Under the pieces are notes generated by a model. That model saw only the letters and a list, made by a program, of their open reading frames with translations, made no database searches and was not told where the DNA came from. From positions 720,001 through 752,000 of the forward strand of contig NZ_CP010341.1 of NCBI RefSeq assembly GCF_000940845.1: DNA of 32,000 nt, in the 5' to 3' direction. How positions within the stretch are numbered: position 1 is the stretch's first letter; each line of letters starts with the position of its first letter. This stretch comes from Propionibacterium freudenreichii subsp. freudenreichii (GTDB taxonomy: Bacteria; Actinomycetota; Actinomycetes; Propionibacteriales; Propionibacteriaceae). The position numbers were made by a program, and so were the translations under genes. Shown here piece by piece: positions 1 through 8,320 of this stretch.

Positions 1-194
1 TCGCGACACTCGTGCTCCTGGGCGCGTCGCTCATCACGGTTCTCGTCTCGGTGATGATCCAGGGAGTCTATTTCTATCGGCTCTCCGCGATCACACCCGG
101 CTCGAAAGTCGATCGCTACGGCTGGCTGGTGGTGATCAACACGGTGATGGTCATGCTCCTGGGGATCATCATCCTGTTGGCCTGGTTCAACTGA
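1..194 (+). CDS. C-terminal fragment of a hydrophobic membrane protein (5' end outside window)
   Basis: The frame is open from the window edge to TGA at 192-194. The product is two hydrophobic helices (LLGASLITVLVSVMIQGVYFY ... WLVVINTVMVMLLGIIILLAWF). The listed start at 12 is probably internal. No family recognised. Confidence 0.4.
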   Translation, partial: ATLVLLGASLITVLVSVMIQGVYFYRLSAITPGSKVDRYGWLVVINTVMVMLLGIIILLAWFN

Positions 195-218
195 TCTCCC
201 AGCGGGGAAGGCATTGCG

Positions 219-1931
219 ATGTCACAGGATGAATGGCTGAGGCAGTTCACGGCGGTCTACGGACGCCAACCCTCGTCCGAGGAGTTCCTCCGGGCCCGTG
301 AGGGCGGCTTCGGGTCCCTGGACGCCGATCCCGTCCCTGGGGCAAACCCCGCAGCGCTCGACGGCAGCGCCCAATGGCTCGCCGACTTCCGCGAGCAGTC
401 GGGCCGCCTGCCGACCACCCAGGAGTTCGCCGCGGCGAAGGCCGCAGGCTTTCCCCGCGGGGCCGGGCAGTCAACACCCCCGACACCGACCACTCCCCGT
501 TCGGTCGGGTCCGCATTCAATGGGGCCATCCCGACCACCGGGGCCACCCCGGCTCCCACGGCGGGCACCCCGATGGGCGCCTCGTCGTCGTTCCCACCCG
601 CTCCGCCCATACCCCCGGCACCCGCCATCCCACCCCTGGCCGCCCCGCCGTCCGGCAGCGGCGACAAGCCGCCGCTCTACCGTCGTTGGTGGGCCATCGT
701 CGCCTATGTGGTGGTGTTGGCGCTCATCGCCGCCGCGGTGTGCTTCGGCATCCCCGGCACCGGAATCCACGGCCTGGTGAACAAGCCCGAAGCCGGCGCC
801 TCCGGCTCCGCGTCGGGTGCCGCAGGCTCGGCCGCCGGCAGTGACGCCTCGGCGCGGGTTGCCTCGATGCCCGCCTCGGTGCCCTCATGCCCCCGCGGTT
901 GGACGCCCACCACCTGGGCATCCTGGAACGGCGGGAACTCCCTGGTCTGCAAGGCCGCCGGAAAGTCCACCTTCCATGTGAATGTCACCGCCGGATCACA
1001 GAGCTACTCCACCGATGGGGCCACCACGAGTCCGACCGGCGGCTACGTCGCGAACTTTGATGGCGGTGCCTCGGCGATCGTCGCCTTCGCAGGTTCCCTG
1101 ACTCAGCTGACCGCCTCGGGCGTTTCGACGGTGAATGTCACCAGCCAGGCATGGGACAACGGCTCGAGCTCCGGATTCACCGCGGTGCCCAGTGGCCATG
1201 TCACCGCGTGCCCCAGTGGTTCGTACCCCTTCTCGATGTCCGTGTGGGGCAACCAGTGGCTGTTCACCTGCGGCGCCGACCAGAGCAATGGCACCAGCTT
1301 CGTCTACAGCAACGGCTCCACGAGCGACGCCGGCGGCGGCGTGTTGAACATGTCGGGCAAGTTCTGTGGCGCCACGATGGACGCCTACTCGATCTGCCAG
1401 GGCGCCCAGGTGGTCACGGTGAGCAGTATTGCCCACGCCACCACCACGACCTATCCCACGCAGTCCAGCTACCTTCCGGGCACCGGGGTCACCAACGCCT
1501 ACGGGCCACAGCAGGCCTCCAGCGACACGGATGCGCGCACCACGATGGACGCCGAGATCAAGCAGGACACCCCCTTGGCCGGGGCCTACCTGGTGGGGCA
1601 GTGGACGCCCCAATTGTCGGCCAAGTGGGACGGCGTCTCCTGGCAGGGCAAGACCTGGAGCAACCAGGACATTGCCAACCAATTCCGTGATTTCAAGCAG
1701 AAGTACTCCACGGCCATGATGCTGCGCTCAGCCGACTGGAGCACCCTGGGCTTGTCGGGCCACGACTGGGTCACCATGGTGGCCGGCATCTCATTCACGA
1801 ACGCCGCCGACGCCAACCGCTGGTGCTATGCAAAGGGCTTCGACTCCGACAACTGCTTTGCTGTGCAATTGGGCCATGGGGCCCCCGATCAGACCATGCA
1901 GAAGTGGACGCCGGGACACTTCGGTGACTAG
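219..1931 (+). CDS. Pro-rich single-pass membrane protein, paralog A (unknown function)
   Basis: 570-aa ORF with GGAAGG about 10 nt upstream of the ATG. It has two N-terminal copies of a W-L-x-x-F-x(4)-G-R-x-P-x(2)-[EQ]-E-F-x(6)-G-F motif, then a Pro-rich linker and a TM segment (PLYRRWWAIVAYVVVLALIAAAVCFGIPGTGIHGL). The ectodomain is Ser/Thr/Gly-rich with a duplicated C-x19-C unit and a Trp/Cys-containing C-terminal domain. Confidence 0.75.
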   Translation: MSQDEWLRQFTAVYGRQPSSEEFLRAREGGFGSLDADPVPGANPAALDGSAQWLADFREQSGRLPTTQEFAAAKAAGFPRGAGQSTPPTPTTPRSVGSAFNGAIPTTGATPAPTAGTPMGASSSFPPAPPIPPAPAIPPLAAPPSGSGDKPPLYRRWWAIVAYVVVLALIAAAVCFGIPGTGIHGLVNKPEAGASGSASGAAGSAAGSDASARVASMPASVPSCPRGWTPTTWASWNGGNSLVCKAAGKSTFHVNVTAGSQSYSTDGATTSPTGGYVANFDGGASAIVAFAGSLTQLTASGVSTVNVTSQAWDNGSSSGFTAVPSGHVTACPSGSYPFSMSVWGNQWLFTCGADQSNGTSFVYSNGSTSDAGGGVLNMSGKFCGATMDAYSICQGAQVVTVSSIAHATTTTYPTQSSYLPGTGVTNAYGPQQASSDTDARTTMDAEIKQDTPLAGAYLVGQWTPQLSAKWDGVSWQGKTWSNQDIANQFRDFKQKYSTAMMLRSADWSTLGLSGHDWVTMVAGISFTNAADANRWCYAKGFDSDNCFAVQLGHGAPDQTMQKWTPGHFGD

Positions 1932-1943
1932 GAAGGCAGATCG

Positions 1944-3161
1944 ATGAGGGACGAATGGCTGCGCCAGTTCCGGGCGACCCAGGGCAGGGACCCCTCGCCC
2001 GAGGAGTTCCTGACCGCCCAGCAGGCCGGGTTCCCGGTGCAGGCCCCCGCGCAGCCCCAGGCACCCGGTCAACCGCAGGCGCCGGCCCCATCCCAGACCC
2101 CTGATGCCCGCTGGCTCGCCGTCTTCCGGGCCAGTCAGGGACGCCTTCCCTCCACGCAGGAGTTCGCTGCCGCCCGCGCCGCCGGATTCCCGGTGGGGCC
2201 TCCCGCGCCCGCCGAACCCGCCACTCCCGGGCAGCTCCCAGTGGGTGATGAGCCCACCCAGATCATCCCGACGGCCGCGCCGGGGACCGCATGGTCGGCG
2301 CAGGGCTTCCAACCCACCCAGCCTGTCCAACCCAACCCCTCCGCCCAACCCAACCCCTCCGCCCAACCCAACCGGCCCGTCCAACCGGTACGGCCGACTG
2401 CGGTTCCGCCCACGCCCGTGGCGCCGTCCACCGGCGGGCAGCCCACGCAGGTCATCCCGGCGGTGGCACCGGTCACGCAGTGGCCCGGCCAACCGGTTCC
2501 CCCGGTCGCCGCCCCGTCGGGTGGCGACGGGCGCACACCGCTGTACCGGCGTCCCTGGGTGATCGTGGTGTACGTGGTGGTGGTCGCGCTCATCGCGGCC
2601 GGCATCTGCTTCGGGATTCCCGGCACCGGGATCCACGGCCTGCTCAATGCCCCCGCCGCGACGCCCTCGCCGAGCGCGGGCGCAGCGTCGCCGAGCGCGG
2701 GATCGTCGGCATCGGCCTCGCCGTCCCGCTCGGCCAGCAGCGCCAGCCCCAGCGTCACCCCCGATGGTGGAACCGTCGTGCAGTCGATCCAGGGGGTGCT
2801 CGACCAGGCTACCGCCGACCGCACCGGACTGGCCGGGGCCATCAACTCCTGTGACGTGGCCGCGCTCGGCACGATCACCGACAACCGGGCCCGCGAGATC
2901 GATGCGCTGCGCAGCGTCGAGGCCACCCGCATCCCGAATGGCCAGCAACTGGTCACCGACCTGATCACGGCCCTGGCGTCGTCGCAGAGCGCTGACCAGC
3001 AATATCTGTCCTGGGCGCAGGGCGGCTGTCAGGGCACCTACCCGGATTTCCCGAGCAATGCCGACGCCACGGCCAGGAAGAATGATTTCGCCCGCGTGTG
3101 GAATTCCTCCATCGTGGGCACCTATTCACAGGCGCGTCAGGTTGACCCGAATAAGTTCTGA
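1944..3161 (+). CDS. Pro-rich single-pass membrane protein, paralog B (unknown function)
   Basis: 405-aa ORF starting 12 nt after paralog A, with GGAAGG upstream. It has the same doubled N-terminal motif (DEWLRQFRATQGRDPSPEEFLTAQQAGFP; ARWLAVFRASQGRLPSTQEFAAARAAGFP) and the same TM block (PLYRRPWVIVVYVVVVALIAAGICFGIPGTGIHGL). The C-terminal domain is different and looks helical. Confidence 0.75.
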   Translation: MRDEWLRQFRATQGRDPSPEEFLTAQQAGFPVQAPAQPQAPGQPQAPAPSQTPDARWLAVFRASQGRLPSTQEFAAARAAGFPVGPPAPAEPATPGQLPVGDEPTQIIPTAAPGTAWSAQGFQPTQPVQPNPSAQPNPSAQPNRPVQPVRPTAVPPTPVAPSTGGQPTQVIPAVAPVTQWPGQPVPPVAAPSGGDGRTPLYRRPWVIVVYVVVVALIAAGICFGIPGTGIHGLLNAPAATPSPSAGAASPSAGSSASASPSRSASSASPSVTPDGGTVVQSIQGVLDQATADRTGLAGAINSCDVAALGTITDNRAREIDALRSVEATRIPNGQQLVTDLITALASSQSADQQYLSWAQGGCQGTYPDFPSNADATARKNDFARVWNSSIVGTYSQARQVDPNKF

Positions 3162-3228
3162 TCCCGTCGACGGCCCGCCACCGCACCGTGCGCGGCGTGC
3201 CGCACCCGCCCGCCGCTCGCGTCCGATC

Positions 3229-4068
3229 ATGGTGGCGGTGGCCATCGCCGTGCTGGCCGCGGTGGCTGGCGCGATCGCCTTCCTGGTGCCGGGGGGATCG
3301 ACCCGCCCGGTCCCGGTGGCGGCACCCTCGTCGTCAGCCAGTCGCCCCTGCACGCAGGCGGGACGCGCGACAGTGGTCTTCCTCGACCCCGGCCACGGTG
3401 CCGACCTGCCGGCGACACGGGCCACATCGGGCGGCAGCCAGGGCATCTACTCCGGTGAGAACACCTCGCAGGGCAACGAGCCCGCGGACGTCTTCGCGGT
3501 GGCCCTCGACGCGAAGGCGCAACTGGAGCGCGCCGGTTACGTCGTCGTGCTGTCACGCGACGGTGATCCCGACCCGGCGCGCCAGACACTGTGGCAGAAG
3601 GGACTACGTGCCGAGACCGCGATGGGGGGAGCGCCGGCAGACATCGGCGTGTCGATCCACACCGACCTGCCCGACACGGTGGGTGCCGGCCAGATCTACT
3701 ACGACCAGCTCGGGGGATTCCGCACCAACACCTCCGACGGGTTGACCGCCCGGTTCACCGATGAACGCAGCGCGGCCCTGAGCAGGCAATATGCCCAACA
3801 GTTCCTGACGGCCCGTCAGGAGCTCGGGGCGGGCGCCATCGCGATGACGCCGGGCCATGACTTCCCGGCCGGGCGTGGGCTGGGATCGTGGGGCGACATC
3901 CCGATCATCATGCTCACCGCCCAACAGGTGCCCTGGGTGTACAACGAGGCGCCGCGGACCAGCGCGAACGGGTTGTCACCGGCCGACCGGGCGAACTACG
4001 CCTCGGCGATCGTGCAGGGCGTCGAACGCTCACTGGGCCCCGTCGTGGGGACCGGCACCTGCAGCTAG
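3229..4068 (+). CDS. Membrane-anchored N-acetylmuramoyl-L-alanine amidase-like protein (divergent Amidase_3)
   Basis: Motifs in Amidase_3 order: VVFLDPGHGAD, GNEPADVFAVALDAKAQLERAGYVVVLSRDGD, ADIGVSIHTD, GQIYYD, IPIIMLTAQQVPWVYNEA, ANYASAIVQGV. N-terminal TM segment MVAVAIAVLAAVAGAIAFLV. The start at ATG 3229 is the first start codon after the paralog B stop. The ORF is open back to 3058, but that would overlap paralog B by 104 nt. Confidence 0.6.
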   Translation: MVAVAIAVLAAVAGAIAFLVPGGSTRPVPVAAPSSSASRPCTQAGRATVVFLDPGHGADLPATRATSGGSQGIYSGENTSQGNEPADVFAVALDAKAQLERAGYVVVLSRDGDPDPARQTLWQKGLRAETAMGGAPADIGVSIHTDLPDTVGAGQIYYDQLGGFRTNTSDGLTARFTDERSAALSRQYAQQFLTARQELGAGAIAMTPGHDFPAGRGLGSWGDIPIIMLTAQQVPWVYNEAPRTSANGLSPADRANYASAIVQGVERSLGPVVGTGTCS

Positions 4069-4102
4069 GTCCTGCGGGCTGCCACGCAGCAGCAGGCGTG
4101 GA

Positions 4103-4654
4103 TCAGGCGATGACGTCGCCCGGACGCACCTCGCTGGGCACGCCGATCACCACCGCGCCGGGGGCGACGTCCTTCACCACCAGGGCGTTGGCGCCGATCT
4201 TGGCATCATCGCCGATGGTGATGTCACCGATGATCTTCGACCCGGCGCCCAACAGGACGCGATCGCCGATCGTGGGGTGGCGCTTGAAATGGCCACGGGA
4301 ACGTCCGCCCAGGGTCACCTGGTGGTACATCAACACGTCATCGCCCACGATGGCGGTCTCGCCGATCACCACGCCCATGCCATGGTCGATGAAGAAGCGC
4401 CTACCAATGGTGGCCCCCGGATGGATCTCGATGCCGGTCATGAAGCGCGCGAACTGGCTGAGCAGGCGTGCCGGGAACTTCAGGGCTCCGCTCGTCTCCC
4501 ACATGACATGGGCGATGCGGTACATCCAGATCGCGTGGAGGCCGGAGTAGACCAGCACGATCTCGAACTTCGAGCGCGCGGCGGGGTCTTCGCGCTGGGC
4601 GGCAAACAGGTCCTCGTTGAGACGGTCGAGGATGTTGCGAATCGAGATACTCAC
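4103..4654 (-). CDS. cysE: Serine O-acetyltransferase
   Basis: 183 aa with hexapeptide-repeat acetyltransferase signatures ([47 protein letters not shown] ... [19 protein letters not shown]). It overlaps the cysK stop by 4 nt. Confidence 0.9.
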   Translation of the reverse strand: MSISIRNILDRLNEDLFAAQREDPAARSKFEIVLVYSGLHAIWMYRIAHVMWETSGALKFPARLLSQFARFMTGIEIHPGATIGRRFFIDHGMGVVIGETAIVGDDVLMYHQVTLGGRSRGHFKRHPTIGDRVLLGAGSKIIGDITIGDDAKIGANALVVKDVAPGAVVIGVPSEVRPGDVIA

Positions 4655-5577
4655 GAGTCCATCAAACCGGCAAACAGGGGCGTGGACAAATAGCGTTCAC
4701 CGAAATCAGGGATGATTGCCACGATCGTCCGGCCGCGATACTGCGGACGTGCCCCGACTTCGAGTGCTGCCGCTACCGCGGCGCCCGATGAGATGCCTGC
4801 CAGGATGCCTTCCTCGGCGGCCAGACGCCTCGCCATCGCGAGGGCTTGGTCGGTGGTCACCGACAGCACCTCATCGACCACAGCGGCGTCATAGGTGTCG
4901 GGCACGAAGTTGGCGCCGATGCCCTGGATGCCATGGGCCGCGGCCCTGCCGCGCGACAGCAGGGGCGACTCGTCGGGCTCCACGGCGTACACGTCGACGC
5001 GCGGATCCTGCTCCTTCAGATAGCGTCCCGCACCACTGACGGTGCCACCGGTTCCGACGCCGGACACCAGTGCCGCCACCTCGCCGTCGGTGTCATTCCA
5101 GATCTCCGGGCCGGTGGTCGCGTGGTGTGCCGCGGGGTTCGCGGCGTTGGCGAACTGGCTGGCCAGCACGCCACCACGCTCGGCGGCGATGCGCTCGGCG
5201 GCCGTGACCGCACCCCGCATCCCCTCCACGGCGGGGGTGAGCACGAGCTCGGCGCCCAGGGCGCGCAACACGGCGCGGCGTTCCCTGCTCATCGACGCCG
5301 GCATGGTGATCACCACGTGGTAGCCGCGGGCGGCGCCCACCATCGCGAGCGCGATCCCGGTGTTCCCGCTGGTGGCCTCGACGATGGTGCCGCCGGCCCC
5401 CAGCGCGCCCGATTTCTCCGCGGCGTCCACGATGGCCACCCCGATGCGGTCCTTGACGGAGTTCGCCGGGTTGTAGAACTCAAGTTTGGTCAGCACGACG
5501 GCGTCCGTGTCGTTCACATGGTTGAGCCGCACAAGCGGAGTGCGTCCCACTACCTCGGTGACATCGTGGTAGATCAT
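4651..5577 (-). CDS. cysK: Cysteine synthase A (O-acetylserine sulfhydrylase)
   Basis: Homology begins at [34 protein letters not shown] (PLP lysine motif) ... [10 protein letters not shown] ... GVGTGGT. The start is set at the ATG on the minus strand at 5577. The 144 upstream codons of the 452-aa ORF have no homology and run into the araB region. Confidence 0.9.
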   Translation of the reverse strand: MIYHDVTEVVGRTPLVRLNHVNDTDAVVLTKLEFYNPANSVKDRIGVAIVDAAEKSGALGAGGTIVEATSGNTGIALAMVGAARGYHVVITMPASMSRERRAVLRALGAELVLTPAVEGMRGAVTAAERIAAERGGVLASQFANAANPAAHHATTGPEIWNDTDGEVAALVSGVGTGGTVSGAGRYLKEQDPRVDVYAVEPDESPLLSRGRAAAHGIQGIGANFVPDTYDAAVVDEVLSVTTDQALAMARRLAAEEGILAGISSGAAVAAALEVGARPQYRGRTIVAIIPDFGERYLSTPLFAGLMDS

Positions 5578-5679
5578 GCCAAGAATCCTAGGCTCGTCGA
5601 TCCGGTGCCGGGCGGGCGGGGCGGACCCCCGGGAACCGGGCCACCTGAACTGATGCGGAAGGGATTTCACATTCAGGCC

Positions 5680-5695
5680 ATGTGACCGGTAACAT
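5680..5695. promoter_or_regulatory. Candidate LacI-family (AraR-like) operator upstream of araB
   Basis: ATGTGACCGGTAACAT is a 16-bp palindrome (14/16 symmetric) with the TGT-N8-ACA architecture typical of LacI-family operators. It lies 87 bp upstream of the araB ATG and is flanked by the 8-bp inverted repeat TTTCACAT (5665-5672) / ATGTGAAA (5697-5704). A related copy sits at 11033-11048. Confidence 0.45.
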
Positions 5696-5781
5696 GATGT
5701 GAAAGGGAACCCCCCCCGCTGCACTGTCGCAACGCCATATCCCCGCTCTTGCCTGACCTTTGACATAGGAGTCCGAAGATC

Positions 5782-7549
5782 ATGAGTTCTGCACCCAAGC
5801 CCCCAGAAACATATGTCGTCGGCGTCGACTACGGCTCCCTGTCGGGCCGGGCCGTGGTGGTCCGCGTGCGCGACGGCCGCGAGATGGGCGACGAGGTCTT
5901 CGAATACCCCCACGCGGTGATGGACGAGGTGCTTGACGCCACCGGCCACCAGCTGCCCCCCGACTGGGCCCTGCAGGACGCCAATGGCTACATCGAGGTG
6001 CTCAAGCACGCCGTTCCGGCCCCGTGGCCGCCTCCGGCGTCGATCCCGCGCGGATCGTGGGCATCGGCACCGACTTCACCGCCTGCACGATGGTGCCCAC
6101 CACCGCCGGGGGCGTGCCGCTGCACGACCTGCCGCAGTTCCGTGAGCGTCCCCACGCCTATGTGAAGCTGTGGAAGCACCACGCCGCCCAGCCCCAGGCG
6201 GACCGCATCAACGAGCTCGCCCATGCGCGTCGTGAGCCCTGGATCAACCGCTACGGCGGCCTGATCTCCAGCGAATGGGAATTCGCCAAGGGCCTGCAAC
6301 TGCTCGAGGAGGACCCGGAGGTCTACGCCGCCACCGAACGCTGGGTGGAGGCCGCCGACTGGATCGTGTGGCAATTGGGCGGCACCTATGAGCGCAATGC
6401 CTGCACCGCCGGATACAAGGGCATCCTGCAGGAAGGCCACTACCCGTCGCGCGAGTTCCTGGCGGCCCTCAACCCGGCCTTCGAGGACTTCGTCGACGAC
6501 AAGCTCGACCATCCGATCGGACAGCTGGGCGATGTCGCCGGGCACCTGACCGCCCGGGCCGCCGCATGGACCGGACTCCCGCAGGGCATCGCCGTGGCCG
6601 TGGGCAATGTCGATGCCCACGTCACCGCTCCCGCCGCCCGGGCCATCGCCCCGGGCCGCATGGTGGCGATCATGGGCACCTCGACCTGCCATGTGATGAA
6701 CCATGACGAGCTGCGCGAGGTACCCGGGATGTGCGGCGTGGTCGACGGGGGCATCACCAAGGGATCCTTCGGCTATGAGGCCGGACAATCCGGAGTGGGC
6801 GACATCTTCGCGTGGTTCACCCGGGAACTCGGGGCGCCGAGGCCCGGGACGCCGCCGATGAGGCCGGGGTCTCCCTGCACGAATACCTCACGGCGCTGGG
6901 GGCCATGAAGCCGACCGGCAGCCATGGCCTGCTGGCCCTGGACTGGCAGAGCGGCAACCGTTCGGTGCTGGTCGACCATGAGCTGTCGGGCCTGATCATC
7001 GGACTCACCCTGCAGACCCCACCCGAGGACGTCTACCGGGCCCTGCTGGAGTCAACGGCCTTCGGTACGCGCAAGATCATCGAGACCTTCAACGAATCGG
7101 GGGTGCCGGTCCGCGAGTTCATCGCGGCCGGCGGGCTGATCAAGAACCGGGTGCTCATGCAGCTCTACAGCGATGTGTTGCACATGCCGATCTCCATCAT
7201 CGATTCCGAGCAGGGGCCCGCACTCGGCTCGGCCATCCACGCGGCCGTCGCGGCGGAGGCCTACCAGGACGTGCAGCAGGCGTCCGACCACATGGGCCAG
7301 CTGCGCGAGCACGTGTACGTGCCCGACCCGGCCGCCTCGGCGATCTACGACCGGCTCTATGCCGACTATGTCACCCTGCACGACTACTTCGGCCGAGGCG
7401 GCAATGACGTGATGCACCGCCTCAAGGCGCTGCGTCGCGAGACCCTCGCCGACGAGGTCGCCCGCGACGCCGCCCCCGGCGACCAATCCCGGATCAGTGA
7501 CGACGCCCCGGTGGCCACCACCGGGGTCATGGAAGGAACCCTGTCATGA
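5782..7549 (+). pseudogene. araB: Ribulokinase, disrupted by two frameshifts
   Basis: FGGY-kinase/AraB homology is continuous but spread over three frames. Segment 1 is 5782 to ~6020 (YVVGVDYGSLSGRAVV...YIEVLKHAVPA). Segment 2 is ~6024 to ~6833 (VAASGVDPARIVGIGTDFTACT...GTSTCHV...EAGQSGVGDIFAWFTREL). Segment 3 is ~6836 to 7549 (AEARDAADEAGVSLHEYL...LDWQSGNRS...AAGGLIKN). The frame switches fall in a CCCC run (6020-6023) and a GGGG run (6031-6034 is not meant here; the run is 6831-6834). AGGAG lies 10 nt upstream of the ATG. Confidence 0.85.
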
Positions 7550-8251
7550 GCGAATTGCTGTTCACCCCCGAACAGATCACGGCCATCGAACGCACCCGCG
7601 CCGAGGTGTCGCAACTGCACCAGCTGCTCGTGCGCTACGACCTCGTGGTGTGGACCGGCGGCAACATCTCCGGGCGGGTGCCGGGCACCGAGTTGTTCGT
7701 GATCAAGCCCTCCGGTGTCGACTATCCCGAGCTCACGCCCGAGTCCATGGTCGTGTGCACCCTCGACGGTCGGAAGGTGGCCGGCTTCTCCGGCTCGCAG
7801 CGCAATCCGTCCAGCGACACCGCCTCACACGCCTACGTCTACCGCCACATGCCCGACGTCCACGGGGTGGTGCACACCCATTCTGACTTCGCCACGTCGT
7901 GGGCGGCGCGTGGCGAGGCCATTCCCTGCGTGCTCACGGCACAGGCCGATGAGTTCGGTGGCGAGATCCCGGTGGGTCCGCTGGCGTTGATCGGCGACGA
8001 GCAGATCGGACGCGGCATCGTCGACACGCTGCAGGGACATCGCTCGCGGGCGGTGCTCATGGCCAACCACGGCGTCTTCACCATCGGCAAGCACGCCCGC
8101 GAGGCGGTCAAGGCCGCCGTCATGGTGGAGGACGTCGCCCGCACGGCGCACTATGCCCGCGTCGGGGGAGAAGCCCATCGCGCTGCCCGGTGAGGCCGTC
8201 GACAAGCTGTTCGACCGCTACCAGAACGTCTACGGCCAGCCCCAGCAGTAG
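7546..8251 (+). pseudogene. araD: L-ribulose-5-phosphate 4-epimerase, C-terminal frameshift
   Basis: Class II aldolase/AraD motifs are present (WTGGNISGR, FVIKPSGVDY, PSSDTASHAYVY, GVVHTHS, ANHGVFTIG). The annotated frame stops at 8191-8193 after a non-homologous tail (GGEAHRAAR). The +1 frame from the GGGGG run at 8164-8168 reads GEKPIALPGEAVDKLFDRYQNVYGQPQQ* (stop 8249-8251), which matches the canonical AraD C-terminus. Confidence 0.8.
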
Positions 8252-8320
8252 CCACGTCCCCGATCGGCCCAGACCCCCGATCGACCCAGACCCCCCGAAC
8301 GACATCCGCGAAAGAGACCC

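Noticed and set aside
1791-3002. 403-aa minus-strand ORF, and other long antisense ORFs: 5988-6788, 8585-9682, 11158-12249, 14464-15900, 16267-17553, 20517-22109, 25409-26449, 26611-27705, 30118-31467.
   Set aside because: Each lies opposite a gene with clear family homology. Their products are Arg/Gly/Pro/His-rich low-complexity strings with no motifs. These are the typical stop-poor shadow frames of high-GC DNA.
4069-4102. Bidirectional terminator between the amidase-like gene and cysE.
   Set aside because: Only 5-6-bp imperfect complementarity is present (CCTGC..GCAGG) and there is no T-run. This is too weak to call.
5578-6009. N-terminal 144-codon extension of the cysK ORF. The same applies to the upstream extensions of guaA (15922-16173), the sugar-binding protein (10936-11148), the regulator (9802-9867) and the siderophore binding protein (23375-23458).
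   Set aside because: Homology and signal peptides start at the internal ATGs, several of which have SD sequences. The extensions overlap neighbouring genes or promoter regions and have no family features.
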